Assembly: GCA_020891255.1 (NCBI GenBank)
Contig: BQFW01000002.1
Span: forward strand, 62,001-126,000
Direction: 5' to 3'
DNA: 64,000 nucleotides
From: Entomortierella parvispora E1425
Lineage: Eukaryota > Fungi > Mortierellomycota
The position numbers and the translations under genes are program-made. This document shows positions 23,865 through 38,016 of this stretch, piece after piece; within the stretch, counting starts at the first letter, position 1, and each line of letters begins with the position of its first letter. The notes beneath the pieces are model-generated. The model saw only the letters and a program-made list of their open reading frames with translations, was not told the DNA's origin and searched no databases.

Positions 23865-26537
23865 TTAGCGCTGGTATGGATGATACGAGCCACCTCCTCG
23901 GCCTGAGGATGACTGAGAGTTGCCTCCAGAATTGCCTCCACGAACGGGTCCGCCTGATCCACTGCTGCCATTCGATCCACCTTGTCTGCTGCCGCTGGAA
24001 GATGCTGGGCCTGATCCCCTGCTTGAGCTGTATCCTCCACTGCCTCCACCTCCACCTCCTTGATGACTACCGCTCTCTTGTCCATAGGATCTATCAGACT
24101 GTGATCCATAGCGTCTCTGACCTGAGGAGGAGCCGCCATCATGGTCATCATATTTCCCACTGCTCCCACTGTATCCGTTGCCGCTACCACTGTTGCCACT
24201 GTCCCCATTGTAACTGCTGTTGTTACCACGATTACCGCTGCCACCCTGAGAATTGGAGTTGTTGTAGCCAGACTGTCGTCCTTGGGATCCACCCCCAGAA
24301 CTGCCACCATCGCCTCCTCCTCCATTAGCACCGCCTTGATTAGGTCCGCCATATCCAAACTGTTGACGGTGGAACGCCATCATGGCCGGATCCATGCCCA
24401 TCCCAGGACCTCCCATCCCGGCTGCAGCTGCAGGGTTACCGTAAGCGCCGGCCATTCGAAGGCGATTCATCATCATGGCCGCAGCGGCAGGGTTGTAGCG
24501 AGCAGCAGCCATCATGGCCTGGTAGGCTTCCATCTGGTTACCGACTCCAAATCCGCCACCATAAGCGGCAGCCATCATCGTGGGGTCCATGCCAAAGTTG
24601 CGCATGCCCCCTTGTCCAGCGCCAAAGCCATATCCTTGCTGGTTGAATCCTGCTCCTGCACCACCTGCTCCATTGGCCCCTCGACCCTCTGCGCGGTTCT
24701 TCGGCTGAGCTCTCTTGACCTCAATCTGAAAAGAAGAAAAAAGAGTGAAGAATGGATACGGTGGTTCAGTCGGGGATCGTAGGTTCGATTCATAACAAAA
24801 TACACAACGAAACGAAAGCAGGCACGTACGGTCTTGTGGTGCAGCACTAAGTCACGTCTGCTGAGTGCGGCCTCGACACCGCGATCGGACTCGAATGTAA
24901 TAAATCCGAATCCGCGAGGGCGTCCAGTGTTGCGATCCAGCATCAAGGTGGCGTCCAGAACATGACCAAACTGTGAAAAGTAGTTTGCAAACTCTTCCTC
25001 TGTGACCTCGGGGGCAATTCCTCCCACAAAGATCTTTTCCGTCTTTTCCTGCTCCTCGCGTGGGATAGCACGCTTTGGATCAATCTAGGGTGTGGAGATG
25101 GACAGAAAAATAAATAAAAACAGCCGTGTACAAAAAACAACAAAGACAGGAGCCGATGTGATGCTATCGTTGTCCTACGGGGAGCCCAAGAGAAGTCCTA
25201 AAAGGGATAAAAAGACTGACTGACTGACTTACCATCTTTCCATCCAAGTGGTGGTCCTCCTTTAACACAGCGTCAACGTTCTTTGCATCAGCGAATGTGA
25301 GGAACCCAAATCCTCTGGATTTGTTGGTAACAGGATCTTTCATGACCATGCATTCTGACAGTTCACCATAACGCGAGAAATACTCTGAGAGACTAGCTAA
25401 AAGATGCGATATCGAATGTAATGAACGATAATGTCGATACAAAAAAAAAAAGGTGGAGAGGATGCCCTGTCAGCAAAATGCAGTTGCTTCCTAAGAGGAA
25501 AAAGGAAATATATCCTTTTCTTTTTCTGTCCTTTTGAAGAGGTGCAACAGCCATACGTGGACCCAACAGAGTTGGCACCACCGCAGGCGATTTATAATTC
25601 TTGTTTGTATATCTGGAGCAAACTAGCTTACCATCTGTAGTCTCCCAATTAAGGCCACCGATAAACATTTTGCTATGAGTATAGGATATGGAGTGAAGGG
25701 ACATTTGGGAGGATGACCAAGGGAAGGGGTGGTTGAAGGTGGGGTAGTAGTAATAATAGTAATAGTAGCAGTAGTAAAGGTAAGCAAACAACGAAGTAAA
25801 AAAAAAAAAAAAAAAAAGTATCTGAGAGAGGGAGATGTCAAGGAGGCGGTGACCAAGCGAGCCAGCCCTTTCTTCTACAACTACGAAGGGGTTGAACGGA
25901 GTACACTCGTTCTACAGTCGATCCTATTCGTCCATCAGCTAATTCAAAGAATGGATGATATACGAGATCATTTGACAAAACAAAAGGAAACAGATCTGTT
26001 GGACACTTACCCAAGCTCACGGTTGGCCGAGCTGGACGACGATGACGATGGTTGCTGGTGCTGCTGTTGCTGTTGCTGCTGCTGTTGCTGTGAATAGGGA
26101 TCCGATCGGTCTTCTTGGTCATATGAACCATAGGAGCGCGATGGCTGCGACGACTCTCGCTTTGCCTGCTGCTGGTATGAAGAGTCGTGCTGCTGATGGT
26201 ATGGCTGGGCGGGATCGTATCCACCCGAAGGCGAGTCCTCGCGTTTCGCTGAATCCTCGCGCTTGTAGTTGTGGTTGTCGTCCCGGCCGCTGTTATTAGC
26301 GTATCTGGAGTCATCGTCATAGTCTCTGCGACTGTTGGAGTAGTGCGAGTCGTCGTGGCCCTTGCTCAGTGAATCCTCACGGTGACGGCTCAGATCGCTG
26401 GAGCGATGGCTGTGGGAGCTGGTGGTGTTGTAGAGAGTATCATCGTCATCCTGGTAGGGATCTGATCCCGTGCTGGCACCAGTGTCGGCATAGGGATCAT
26501 CGTACAGGTCAAAGTTGTCATCGTGTCTCGATGTCAT
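23865..26537 (-). CDS. HRP1: Hrp1/Musashi/hnRNP-D-like protein with two RRMs and a Gly/Asn/Met-rich prion-like C-terminus
   Basis: Exons give KMFIGGLNWETTD, VMKDPVTNKSRGFGFLTF, IDPKRAIPREEQEKTEKIFVGGIAP and GRPRGFGFITF, ending GGGSYHPYQR (a PY-NLS-like end). Confidence 0.85.
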
Positions 26538-26779
26538 TCTGAAAGATGTGTGTATGTGAATGAAGGTGTTGGTGATGAGAGTGAACAAGAGTGAAAGAAC
26601 AAAAGTCAAGATGAACCCAAAGGCATCCATCCATCATCGCAGCGGGGTCTGAGACCCCGCTCGAGGTGACGTGACGGAATTATTCTTTGCAAGCCCCTTG
26701 TCGCCAGAGCTGCGTCGCGTGGGGACGGGGATGTCTGTGGTGTTTTACTTCACATGGTGGTCTATCTTTATTTGGGGGT

Positions 26780-28655
26780 CTATTCATCACCAGCATCACC
26801 CTGCATGCTGGCCAGGTAGGCCTGGATGAACGGGCTTTCCTCAAGGCACTTTGTCTGCGCCTCTCCTAGATAATTGCTGATCTCGACCAGCGTGGACAAC
26901 TCCTCGGTGCGGTATGCCTTCATCAGCGATACCAGGCACGACACTTGCGCTTCGACCTTGAGTTGTTCACTTGTGGCAGCAGCGAGCTCATTCCGTTCTT
27001 CTTCCGACAGTGGCTGGGTCGATGTAGGATCGTCTGCAAGGTTGACGTTGGCCAGCAGATCCGTGATATCACCGCCTCGCTCAGGACTTTCATGATCCGC
27101 GTCAAAGTTGACAGCACGCACAATCTCAATATCCTCCTCTCTCTGAACCTTGTCTCCAGTTTCCATGATCCTCGACACATAGTACTCCACCCGATTGGCC
27201 ACAAGGACAAGCCCTCGAAGGACTAGCACTGGGTATATCTCCATTGCGGGAATCAAGGCTTCAAAATCTTCTCGCGTGTCTGCTTTGGTGCCAGATATCG
27301 TCAAGACAAGTCGTCCTAGCGTATCTTCGCCATCCAGGTTCATCTCTTCTGTATCCTCGTCACTGTCTGGGATCTTGAGAGGCGCGCATGCCTGGATATC
27401 TGGTTCCTCAATCATCGCACTTAAGCCATCCTCCTCATTGAGGGCATATATCCGCAGCAAAAGCTGTGATTGTGCGGTGATCCATAGGCCATCGCAGAGC
27501 TCCACCAAATCCTTGGGACCATCGGTTTTGTCCATGTAGAGCGTAATTCTCGGCGGGATTCCCAGTCTCATGAGAGCATGCGCTTTGGGCATGTAGTATG
27601 GATCCTCTTCATCCATCGGCATAGCTAAAGTCAGAAACTGTGTCGGATTGTCATGCAAAAGAAATCCGTATAAAAATCTATGGTTTGAAAAGTGAGTTAG
27701 ATCCTGCTGTTGCACTCTTTGGCTTTTTTTTCTTGTCAAAACGGCAGGGGCGATGAACTTACAGCAGTTCTGTGTTGGGTTTGCTCCCGTATGAAAGAAA
27801 GGCCTCCAGGTGAGAATTGGGTGCATCCCGAGTTGACTTTTTCTTTTGCTGCTGCAAGCCGTTGTCGACGACATGAAGACCGTCCTTGTTCACCAGCCAT
27901 CGAATGTTGGGAGTTGAAGCATGGTTGGCAAAGTCCAAGAAGGGAACCATGTGCATATCATCTGGAATATCGTCCTGAAAGTCGACACCCTCCCACTGAC
28001 TTTGAAAAGACAAGACTCTGGACCAGAAAGTGGCGTCGGCCCAGATAAAGTCTGTAAGGGTCGGTTTGATGGGCCAGTGCTCAAAGATGGCCATGTTGCC
28101 GCTCAACTGTTCAAACTCGCCTTCCAGTTTAGTCCTCTTTGCGCAAACAGAGTCCAGCAGGAGGGTCCCAGCAAGGTAGCCACGAACAAGCTCGGGTTCC
28201 AAGGTCACAGGCGTGGAGACCTCGGGCAGACTGGCAATATAGGGCCAAAAGATCTTTGTGTTGGATCCCGTGAGCTTGTCCGGGATGGACCGTGCTCCGT
28301 GGTGGTCCTGTGCCGCGGAGAGTCGTCCAAAGAGCAAAAAGAGGATGAGGGCGAGTCGCTCGGTGACGAGATCTGGTCCAAGGAGATTGAGGGTCTTGCG
28401 GAGAGGAGGACAATCCATGTTCAAGACCTTTGAGCGGGAGAGGAGAAGGGCACTGGGCACAAAAAGGAGATCATGGTTGTCTGTGTCCTGATTCTGCTTG
28501 TCCTGATCCTGATCGGTCGAGAGGAGATTGGCGGGGACAAAGAGACCAATGCCCTTGCCCTTGGACTCTTTTGGGATCAGGCTTGAGATGACGCCTTGAC
28601 TGGCAGCCCATGAGCAAAAGTCGACCAATGAGGACGAAGATGACGATGTGGTCAT
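26780..28655 (-). CDS. SET-domain lysine methyltransferase (SETD3/Rkm/Efm, Rubisco-LSMT-like); 2 exons
   Basis: GKGIGLF, WPYIASLP, HMVPFLDFANHA and AFLSYGSKPNTELL|FLYGF. An intron at ~27680-27762 joins ORF 27759-28898 to ORF 26780-27874. Confidence 0.85.
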
Positions 28656-29064
28656 GCCGGGTAGAGAGAATAGAGAGAATAGAGAGAAGAGTCGCACGGA
28701 TCGGGGAGAGTCAAGAATGAATGAATGAATGAATGAATGAATGAATGGCAGACACGAGGAGAAGAGAAAAGAAGGTAGAAAAGGAATGCAGCGGTGGGGG
28801 TGGAGTGAATAGCTAAAGAAGAGAACAGCTGAAGGGAGGGGATGGCATGTGAGTGAAGGGAAGTGAAGGGAAGTGAAGGGAAAAGGAAAGAAAGGCACGA
28901 AGGTCAGTCAGGTCAGGTCAAGACCGTTGGTTGGTTGGTTGTAGATGTAATTATTTTGGCGGCGCATGTGGCCATGCCATGACGGCACGATTATGGCCTG
29001 CTTTGCTGGAGCCTGGAGGGGAGACAGGGCTAGTTCAACTCTCTTCTTCTCTTGGAGTCGATCC

Positions 29065-29123
<59 letters not shown>

Positions 29124-29352
29124 CAGATCGAGAGAGATAGAGAGAAGAAGGAAGAAGGACAGACACAGACAGACATATACACACACATATACACACACAC
29201 ACACACACCCACACACACACACAGATCAACAGCAACAGCATCTATCCCCCTTTGTGACGTGGCACACTCGTTGCGCGCTGTGCGTCCATGAATTGAATGA
29301 ATGAACGAACGAACGAACGAACGAACGAACGAACGAACGAACGAACGAACGA
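29065..29352. repeat. Compound microsatellite cluster (GACA)n, (CA)n, (GAAT)n, (GAAC)n in the SET/COP1 divergent promoter
   Basis: Directly visible; it generates several spurious ORFs (RQTD and NERT repeats). Confidence 0.95.
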
Positions 29353-29670
29353 AAGGACGTGCGCCACCACCCACCGTCGCTCTCTGTCTCTCGTTCTATC
29401 TTCTCATATCATATCTCTCTGCTCATCACTTCATCGCTCATTATTCTCGATTGCCTTCTTTCATCTCTTTCATCTCTTTCATCTCCATCATCTTCATCCG
29501 CTCCCTTCCTTCTCACCTCTCTTTCTCCTTCTCTCCTTCTCTCCTTCTCTCAACCCTTCAGCCCCTCCCTCCGACTCTTTGTGCCGCTTGCATCCTCGCG
29601 TAGGGATCGGACTCTCACTCTCTCGCTGCCCATCATCCATTAATCACCACCCGCGTGAAACTTGCCAATC

Positions 29671-32600
29671 ATGCAGATGCTCACAAAGGTATCCTCATCG
29701 CATCCATCTCCTCTGGAACTCACTGACAGGACTCCCTGCTGCAACGCATCCTAATCTCACTCGCTACACTTCCATTCTTCTTTCTAGTTCGAGTCGAAAA
29801 GCAACAGGGTCAAGGGCATCGCGTTCCATCCCAAGCGCCCCTGGATCCTCGCCGCTCTTCACAATGGCTCGGTCCAGCTCTGGGATTACCGCATGGGAAC
29901 CCTCCTGGAGCGCTTTGATGAACACGATGGTAATGGGCGCAACGGTCGATCAATCAAGAGAGTGGCGCATATTCATCGCATCAGGAGGACTATGGACCAA
30001 TGTCATCTAATCAACATGGATTCCCTGCTTGTATTCTAGGCCCCGTCCGTGGCATTGCCTTCCACCCTTCGCAGCCCCTCTTTGTCTCAGCAGGAGACGA
30101 CTACAAGATCAAAGTCTGGAACTACAAAACGCGCCGTTGCTTGTTTACGTTGACAGGACATCTGGACTATGTGCGCACCGTGTACTTCCACCACGAATAC
30201 CCTTGGATCCTCAGTTGTTCAGACGATCAGACTATCCGCATCTGGAACTGGCAGTCGCGCACCTGCATCGCCATCCTCACAGGACACAACCACTATGTCA
30301 TGAGTGCTCAGTTCCACCCCAAGGAGGACCTTATCGTCTCGGCCTCATTGGATCAGACCGTCCGTGTCTGGGACTTTTCAGGCAAGGCTCTAATCTTTTT
30401 CTCGATGCTGTATTATTTAGACACACCCCCCCCCCCCCAAAAATATCTAACCATGATCCATCTTGTCTCCCCTCTACGAACCTTAGGCTTGAGAAAGAAG
30501 AATGCTGCGCCTGGATCAGTTTCATACGACGAAAGCGCCCATCGTGCATCGCAACAGGCCGATATTTTTGGCAGCACGGACGCCGTTGTCAAGTATGTCC
30601 TCGAGGGGCATGATCGCAGCGTCAACTGGGCGACCTTCCACCCCACGTTGCCCTTGATTGTTTCCGCTGGTGACGATCGTCAGGTCAAGCTCTGGCGCAT
30701 GAATGGTACTATACTTTTGGAATGATAGATATTCTGCGACAATATGAACCTTTGGCTGCAAAATCACTGACTGGGTTCACCCTCTTTTTTTTATAATAGA
30801 AACAAAGGCATGGGAGGTCGACACTTGCCGTGGACACACCAACAACGTTTCTTGCACCATTTTCCATCAGAGACAGGAGCTTATTATTTCTGTCGCCGAA
30901 GACAAGTGCATCCGCGTCTGGGACATGTCCAAGCGCACGGCTGTCCAGACTTTCCGTCGCGAGCATGATCGTTTCTGGGCCTTGACTGCCCATCCCGAGT
31001 TGAACCTCTTTGCTGCTGGTAGGTTGAGATGAGGGGCTTGGATGGGTTTATTTTCAAAGTTGGTCGCTTCACTGGAAGGTTGCCGACTGACGTTGACCAC
31101 CCTTTGTGCTCTTTAGGTCATGACAATGGATTGATTGTTTTCAAATTGGAGAGAGAGCGACCTGCGTATGCTGTCCACCAGTCGAACCTGTTCTATGTCA
31201 AGGACAAGTATTTGCGCGTCTACGACTATGCAACTTCTCAGGATACCGCTGTTCTCTCGGTGCGCAGAGCTGGTTCGCAGTTTGTGCAGCCCAGAGCCCT
31301 TTCTTACAACCCTGCGGAGCGCGCGGTCTTGATCACCTCAACTGTCGACGGCGGCACTTACGAGTTGTACAGTCTCCCCAAGGATTTCAATGGAGGCGAG
31401 GCGCGTGAACCATCCAACGAAGGAAAGCGCGGAGTCGGCAACTCGGCCATCTTCATTGCCCGCAACCGATTCGCCGTCTTGGAGAAGGCCAACCAGACCA
31501 TCACCATCCGCGACTTGCAGAACAACAGCACAAAGTCGTTCAAGACCCCCAGCATGGTCAACGAGATCTTCTATGCCGGCACTGGACAGTTATTGCTCAG
31601 CACCCCCACCTCGGTCATTCTCTTTGACATTCAGCAGCGCAAGGTCATCTCGGAAGTGACTACACCCCCAGTGAAGTATGTGGTCTGGTCCGCTGACATG
31701 TCGTACATGGCGTTGTTGAGCAAGCACACGATCACCATTGCCAACAAGTCGTTGGAGCAGACCTGCCTTATCCACGAGACCATCAGGATCAAGAGCGCCG
31801 CCTGGGACGAGAGCGGCATTCTGATCTACTCTACCCTCAACCACATCAAATACGCTCTTCCCCAAGGGTAAGTTCTATTATGACCACCGACGATCTTTGC
31901 TTTTATGAATGTTGAAAATGAAACTAATTTCAACTTCATTTCAATAGTGACAACGGCATCATTCGCACGCTCGACCAGCCCATCTACCTGACCCGCATCA
32001 AAGGAAAGAACGTGTACTGCTTGGATCGCGACGGCAAGACTCGCGCCATTGCCATCGATCCTACAGAGTATCGCTTCAAGCAGGCGCTCACCAAGCAAAA
32101 CTATGATGAGGTTTTGCAGATCATCCGCAACTCCAACTTGGTCGGACAGTCTATCATTGCCTATTTGCAGAAGAAGGGCTACCCAGAGATCGCTCTTCAC
32201 TTTGTGCGTGAGGATAAGACCCGTTTCGAATTGGCATTGGAATGCGGCAACCTTGAGGTCGGTTTGGAGACTGCCAGGGCCATGGACAAAGAAGAATGCT
32301 GGTCCAAGCTCGCACAGGAGGCTCTCCGTCAGGGCAACCATCAGATCGTGGAGATGTGCTACCAACGTATCAAGAACTTTGACAGGCTTTCGTTCTTGTA
32401 CTTGGCGACTGGCAACACTGACAAGCTGACCAAGATGCTCAAGATTGCAGAGTTGCGTGGCGATGCTATGTCTCGTTTCCACAACTCACTTTTCTTGGGC
32501 AACGTTGAGGAGCGTGTCCGTCTGCTGCAGGAGGTTGGCCAAGGTAAGGAGATACCCTCACCTGAAGATTTTTTTTCATTCGTTTTATCACTGTAACATA

Positions 32601-33262
32601 TTCTGACATTGATCTGGACCATGAACATAGCTCCATTGGCGTATGTCACGGCTAGAACCCACGGCATGCACGAAATTGCGGATGAAATCTTGGCCACTGC
32701 AGGACTCACACCAGAGGATGTTGCCGATCTCCCAACTCAAGGATCTCTCTTGGTTCCCCCCAGACCCATCATGCGTGTCCATGACTCCAACTGGCCTCAA
32801 CTTGCCGTCTCTCGCAGCTACTTTGAGGGCGCGTTCACTGGCGACATGGAGGGCGTTGCTGTTCCTGCTCACCCAACCGCCGCTGCTGCTGAGCCTGAAG
32901 AGGATCAGTGGGGCATGGATGACGAATTCAATATCCCTGCTTTGGAACACAAGGGCGCCTCGCTTGCACCTGTGATGAGCGATGCTCTGGATATGGACGG
33001 CGATGGTGGATGGGACATGGATGCGGACTTGACGGCCGAGTTGCATGCCGCCACTGGAGCTCTTGTTGCCGAGGACACTGGATTGGTGATCCCTGTTGCA
33101 GGACAGAGCGAAGGCGAAATCTGGTGCCAGAACTCTCCTCTTGCTGCAGATCATGTCGCAGCTGGAGCATTCGAGTCTGCTATGCAGGTAAGGCTGCAGC
33201 AACAGTTTTATTGGCGCTTGACTAGCGCTCTCTTACTGAGCAAAACCCGTCTGACTTGGACA

Positions 33263-33297
<35 letters not shown>

Positions 33298-34335
33298 ATC
33301 GATAGCTTCTCAATCGTCAAGTCGGTGCTGTCAACTTTGAGCCTCTCAAGGATCAGTTCTTGTCCATCTTCCAGGCCAGCCGCACTATTTTGACTGCTAA
33401 TGAGGGTATGCCATCCATCGTCCTGCCTGTGCGACGCAACCCCGGCGAGACAGATCAGAGACGCGCTCTGCCTGTTCTGGCCAAGAGCTTCCAGTCCTTG
33501 ATTGCGAAGGAGTTGCAGGAGGGTTACAAGGCCACCACCGCCAACAAGCTGACCGAGGCATGCACACTATTCAGAGGCATCTTGCATTCATTATTGCTCA
33601 CCATTGTCACCCAATCATCAGAAGCCGAGGAGGTAAACATACTATTGCAGAACATTGACTATATAAGAAGGAGGATGAATGTCCATGTGTTCACACCTGT
33701 GTACCTTTCTACCAACTCACTAGGTTCTTCAACTGGTCGGTGTCTGTCGCGAGTATCTTTTGGGTTTGAGCATCGAGTTGAGTCGCCGTGAGTGCCAGAA
33801 TGATACATCACCTGAGGGAGTCAAGCGTATGTTGGACCTTGCTGCCTACTTTACTAGTGCCCAGTTGCAGCCCAAGCATATGATTATCAGTTTGCGGACG
33901 GCCATGACTGCCTGTTACAAGCACAAGAACTTGCTCTCTGCGCAGACATTTGCTCGTCGCCTCTTGGAGCTTGCTCCTGCAGGACACCCCACTGTGACCC
34001 CAGCTCGTCAGATCCAGCAGGTTGCAGAGAGGAACCCTCGTGATGAGATCCAACTGGACTATGATCAGGTAAGGATGTTGGATACACGGAACTCATTCCG
34101 GACATCATGACCACGCCAATCGTACTGACCCACTCTCTTTTCTGTATCTCTTTTGTAGTTCAACACGTTCGTTGTGTGTGGTATCTCCTACACTCCCATT
34201 TACAGAGGATCACCAAGCGTGCAGTGCCCGTACTGCCGTGCGCACTTCAAGCCAGAGTTCCAAGGAAACCTGTGCACCATCTGTGACATTGCACAAGTCG
34301 GTGGAACTGGCACAGGCATGGTGGTCATGGCTTAA
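29671..34335 (+). CDS. COP1: Coatomer subunit alpha (WD40 + COPI alpha), >10 introns
   Basis: MQMLTK|[93 protein letters not shown] and the C-terminal zinc finger [13 protein letters not shown]. Confidence 0.96.
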
Positions 34336-34809
34336 GCATAGAATCAATACCTCGGCGTCTCAGAATGAAGTCTCAAGTAGTAAACATTTTCTCGAAAGAA
34401 AAAAAAAAAACATCCCCATGGTGTCGGGGGTCGTGTGACGGCCATACTCTTTTTTTTTTTTTTTCTGCAAAACGTGAGACGCGTCTCGATTTTTTTTCAC
34501 TTTCGAAAATGTGGGGCATATAGTCCAGTCCCAGTATGGATGCATACAACAAAGGATCTTCTGCCAAGACCCCCCGCAGACCAATGAGCAAGCCCCAGAT
34601 GCCGTGGTGCCAACGCGTCGGTCTGCCCGAGACACGACTCAGATTTTTTTCTTCATTCAGCACCCCGCACAGCTGGACCCTGCCAATGTGGGGAAAACCC
34701 TTTTGGCTTCTGTTCTCTTTCTTCCCCACACCCTTTTTTCTTTATTTCTCCCATCCTATTCTCAATCCTCTTCACAATCACAAAAAAAGACTTTTCGTCC
34801 TTTCCTTCA

Positions 34810-36958
34810 ATGGCTTCTCTGCGATCAATCGCATGGATCTTGCTGCTCTTGGCGGCGATTTGCTCCACAGTTCTCGCCCTCTCATCGGTCCCCCTTGGAC
34901 AGGATGATAAAGTCATCTCCATGGGAGACCTCAACCACGGCTACACTCTCCTGAACCAGCCCCCGCCTCTTCCTATCGCTGCCATCGTGCCCCAGCCTTC
35001 AAACAAGAAGGCCCTTGCCTCGCCATACATCATTACCGCCCAGTCCAGCTTTACCAATTTCTTCTCTGAAAATTACAACCGTATCGATGTACCCTTGAAC
35101 TGGCAGAGAGTCATCGCTGGAGGCGTGCTCATGGCCGTGGGTCTCGTGCTGGGCATCTTTGGATTCCGTTATTTGCGCTTCTCTCTGCTCCTGACTGGCT
35201 TCATTGGAGGAGGTAAAAAAATAATACAACAACATGGACACGATCCCGCCCACGCGTTTTTTTTTGTGTGTTCCCATCGTTTCTCTAACTGTCTTGGATT
35301 GCTCTCTCTCTCTCCCTCTCTCCCTCTCTCTCTCTTTCTGTCTCTCTCTCATTACTTTCTTCGATTTGTTCATTACGGACGACATGACTCCAAATCAGGC
35401 ATTGCCGCGTACGCGATCTTGTACAACACTGAGCCTGCAGGCGGGTGGAGCAACCGTATTGTGATCTATGTAGCGGTCTGTATCGCCGCCGGTTTGTTGA
35501 TCGGATTGGTGTTGTTGGCGGCCAACAAGTACGCATCTTGGATCTTGGGAGGTGCTGGTGGTCTTGCCCTCGGTGTCTACATCTTGAGTTGGAGGGAGGG
35601 TGGATTGATCCACAACACGGGCGGTCGTATTGGTTTGATGGTCGGTTGTGCCGCCCTCGGCATGATCTTGTCTCTTTTCCTCGGAAATCTTACCGTCATC
35701 TTTGGCACTGTCCTCATTGGTAAGAGAGAAAGAAACGAGAGAAAAGAATGTTTTATAGACTTGCTTTTCTGCCATCGTCATTCACAGAATGTGGCATCCT
35801 CTTTCCCCTCCCTGCTATTATCTTTTTATCTGAACACGACCTGTTACACGCACAAAAATAGGTGGATACATGTTCACCTTGGGTTTGGACATGTTCCTCC
35901 GTACAGGATTCCTCGAGAACTATCAGTACCTGTTCCGCACCGGTAACACGGTTCCTTACCAAATCTACAGCGGAATCTACGGTATGCTCGGTGTGCTCTC
36001 CCTCTCGTTCGTGATCGGCTTTCTCTTCCAGATCCCCCTCTACTTCCACCACAGGCGCAACCAACGTGCCCTGGCCCGCGCCAATGCTGTGCCTGCCGTC
36101 AACAGCCCCTATGGTTACAACCAGAACGAGAAACGTGACAGCCGCTACCGCGACAGCCAGCACCGTGATAGCCAGTACCGCGGCAGTCAGAACCGCGACA
36201 GTCAGTACCGCGACAGTCAATACCGCGACAGTCAATACCGCGACAGCCAGTACCGTGACAGCCACTACGGTGGCAGCCAATACGGAAGCCGCGATCAACT
36301 CAACGCCACCTATGGTACCCAGCAGGTTGGGCACGTTGGTAGCCAGCAGGTTGGGCAGGTTGGTGCCCAGCAGGTTGGGCAGGCTGGTACCCAGCAGGTT
36401 GCCCCTGCCAAGAAAAAATACACCTGGTGGGGTAAGCGCGTCAAAAAGGACGCTGACGTGAACCAGGGGGGTTACAGCAGTGAAAAGTACAACGCCCAGA
36501 GCCAAGGCAGCCTTGTTCAGTCTGCCCAGCAGCAACTGGCTCAGCAGCAACAGGTTTACCAACAATCAGTGCCTCAGCAGCAACAGGTGTACCAACAGTC
36601 GGTGCCTCAGCAGCAGGTGTATCAACAGTCGGTGCCTCAACAGCAGGTGTATCAACAGTCAGTGCCTCAGCAGCAACCTGTGATCCAGCAACAGCCCATG
36701 GCTATTCAGCAGCCCGTAGTCCAGCCCCAGCAGCCTGTAGTCCAGTCCCAGCAGTCCGCTTCCGTCCCGCACTTGGGATCGTCCACGACCTCGGTCGGCG
36801 GCGAAAAGACTGTGATCTTTGAGGAAAAGAAGGGCTGGTTTGGTCGCACCAAGGTCGTCCCCAAGATTGCGGACGCCGCATCCTCAACGGCCAGCAACAG
36901 CAATGCCCTGGCCACGGCCACCACCACCAGCACCACCGCCGCGACCAATGCTGTGTAA
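34810..36958 (+). CDS. Multi-pass membrane protein, DUF4203 (TM7S3/TMEM198-like), with signal peptide and a repetitive Gln-rich tail; 3 exons
   Basis: Hydrophobic N-terminus MASLRSIAWILLLLAAICSTVLA, then GLVLGIFGFRYLRFSLLLTGFIGG, LGGAGGLALG and G.YMFTLGLDMFLRTGF. Introns at ~35213-35397 and ~35719-35860. Confidence 0.75.
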
Positions 36959-38016
36959 AAAGAAGGTCTTTTCATCAAAAAAAGACCCTTTCTCCTGCCG
37001 AAATGTAGAGACGCCGAATCATTCCTTTCTCTTTCTTTACTTAATCAATCATATCGTAATAATGAACAATGAACAAGAAAATAAGCAGTTTTGCAACCTC
37101 ATCCTGAGGGAGACTATCGTGATAATAAAGAAACTCAAGCTCACTCACCTCACAAAGATGAAATGAACCAGCATCCTAACTGATCCATGGGGCCCACCAG
37201 TAGTCCTGCTGACACAACAACAAAGGGGGCCAAGAGTGAGTGAGTGAGCAGTTTGAGGTCCAAAAAAAAAAGGCCTGCCTGACTGAACCACTCAAACTCC
37301 TATCTCTCCCCCCCAACGCGCTCCCCTACCACACCGGCAACCCAACAGGTCTGATTGCTCGGCCATTGAACACAGCAATAGAGTATCACGTTCGGTGGTG
37401 GTGATGGGTGGTGGTGGTCGTGGTGCATGCATGCAGACTTTGTTCTCGCCTTTCCCTTCCCTCCTCTCCCCCCCTTTTGTATCCGTCCAACTTTCTTTGA
37501 GCACTTTGTCGAACTGGCTGGTCCAGGAAGGGAAGGAAGAACCGGCCGGGCCCATATCTAAGCCAAGCCCCTGACCCCAGCCAAGTCCTTCCTTGCTTCC
37601 TCCCTTTCTTTCCACGATCTCTTTTCTGCTCACTTGTGAGTGTTTTTCTCCATGTTAAAAGGAGGTGCAGTATACATGTTTATTGTAAAATAAAACGAAA
37701 GACACCTTATTACTGACGGAAGGACGGAAACAACCCGGTCTTTTGAACATTGACTGGTTCCTGTCTCCGGATGAATGACCACCCTTTCTCTCTCCCTCTC
37801 CAACAGCTTTATTCTATTTTTTTTTTTTTTTGGATCGACTTGGTTTTTTTTTTACGTCCTTCTGTTTCCCACTCTTTTTTGGTTCCCTTCCTCCTCTCTC
37901 TCTCTTTTTCTTTCCTCCTCCCTTCTTCGTTTGTCTGCCTCACGTAACATTCTTGCGTCCATGCGAGACGTTTGACCACTGTCGACCCCCCTACGAACAC
38001 CAATTCATCAAACAGC

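Noticed and set aside
26780-27874. Apparent separate 364-aa hypothetical gene
   Set aside because: It joins the SET ORF through an intron (ELL|FLYGF), so it is exon 2 of one gene.
28908-29643. Multiple ORFs with RQTD/NERT/CVCV repeats
   Set aside because: Translations of microsatellites in a promoter region.
34476-34487. Perfect 12-bp palindrome GAGACGCGTCTC (MCB-like core) upstream of the DUF4203 gene
   Set aside because: Single occurrence, expected by chance in 64 kb, with no supporting context.
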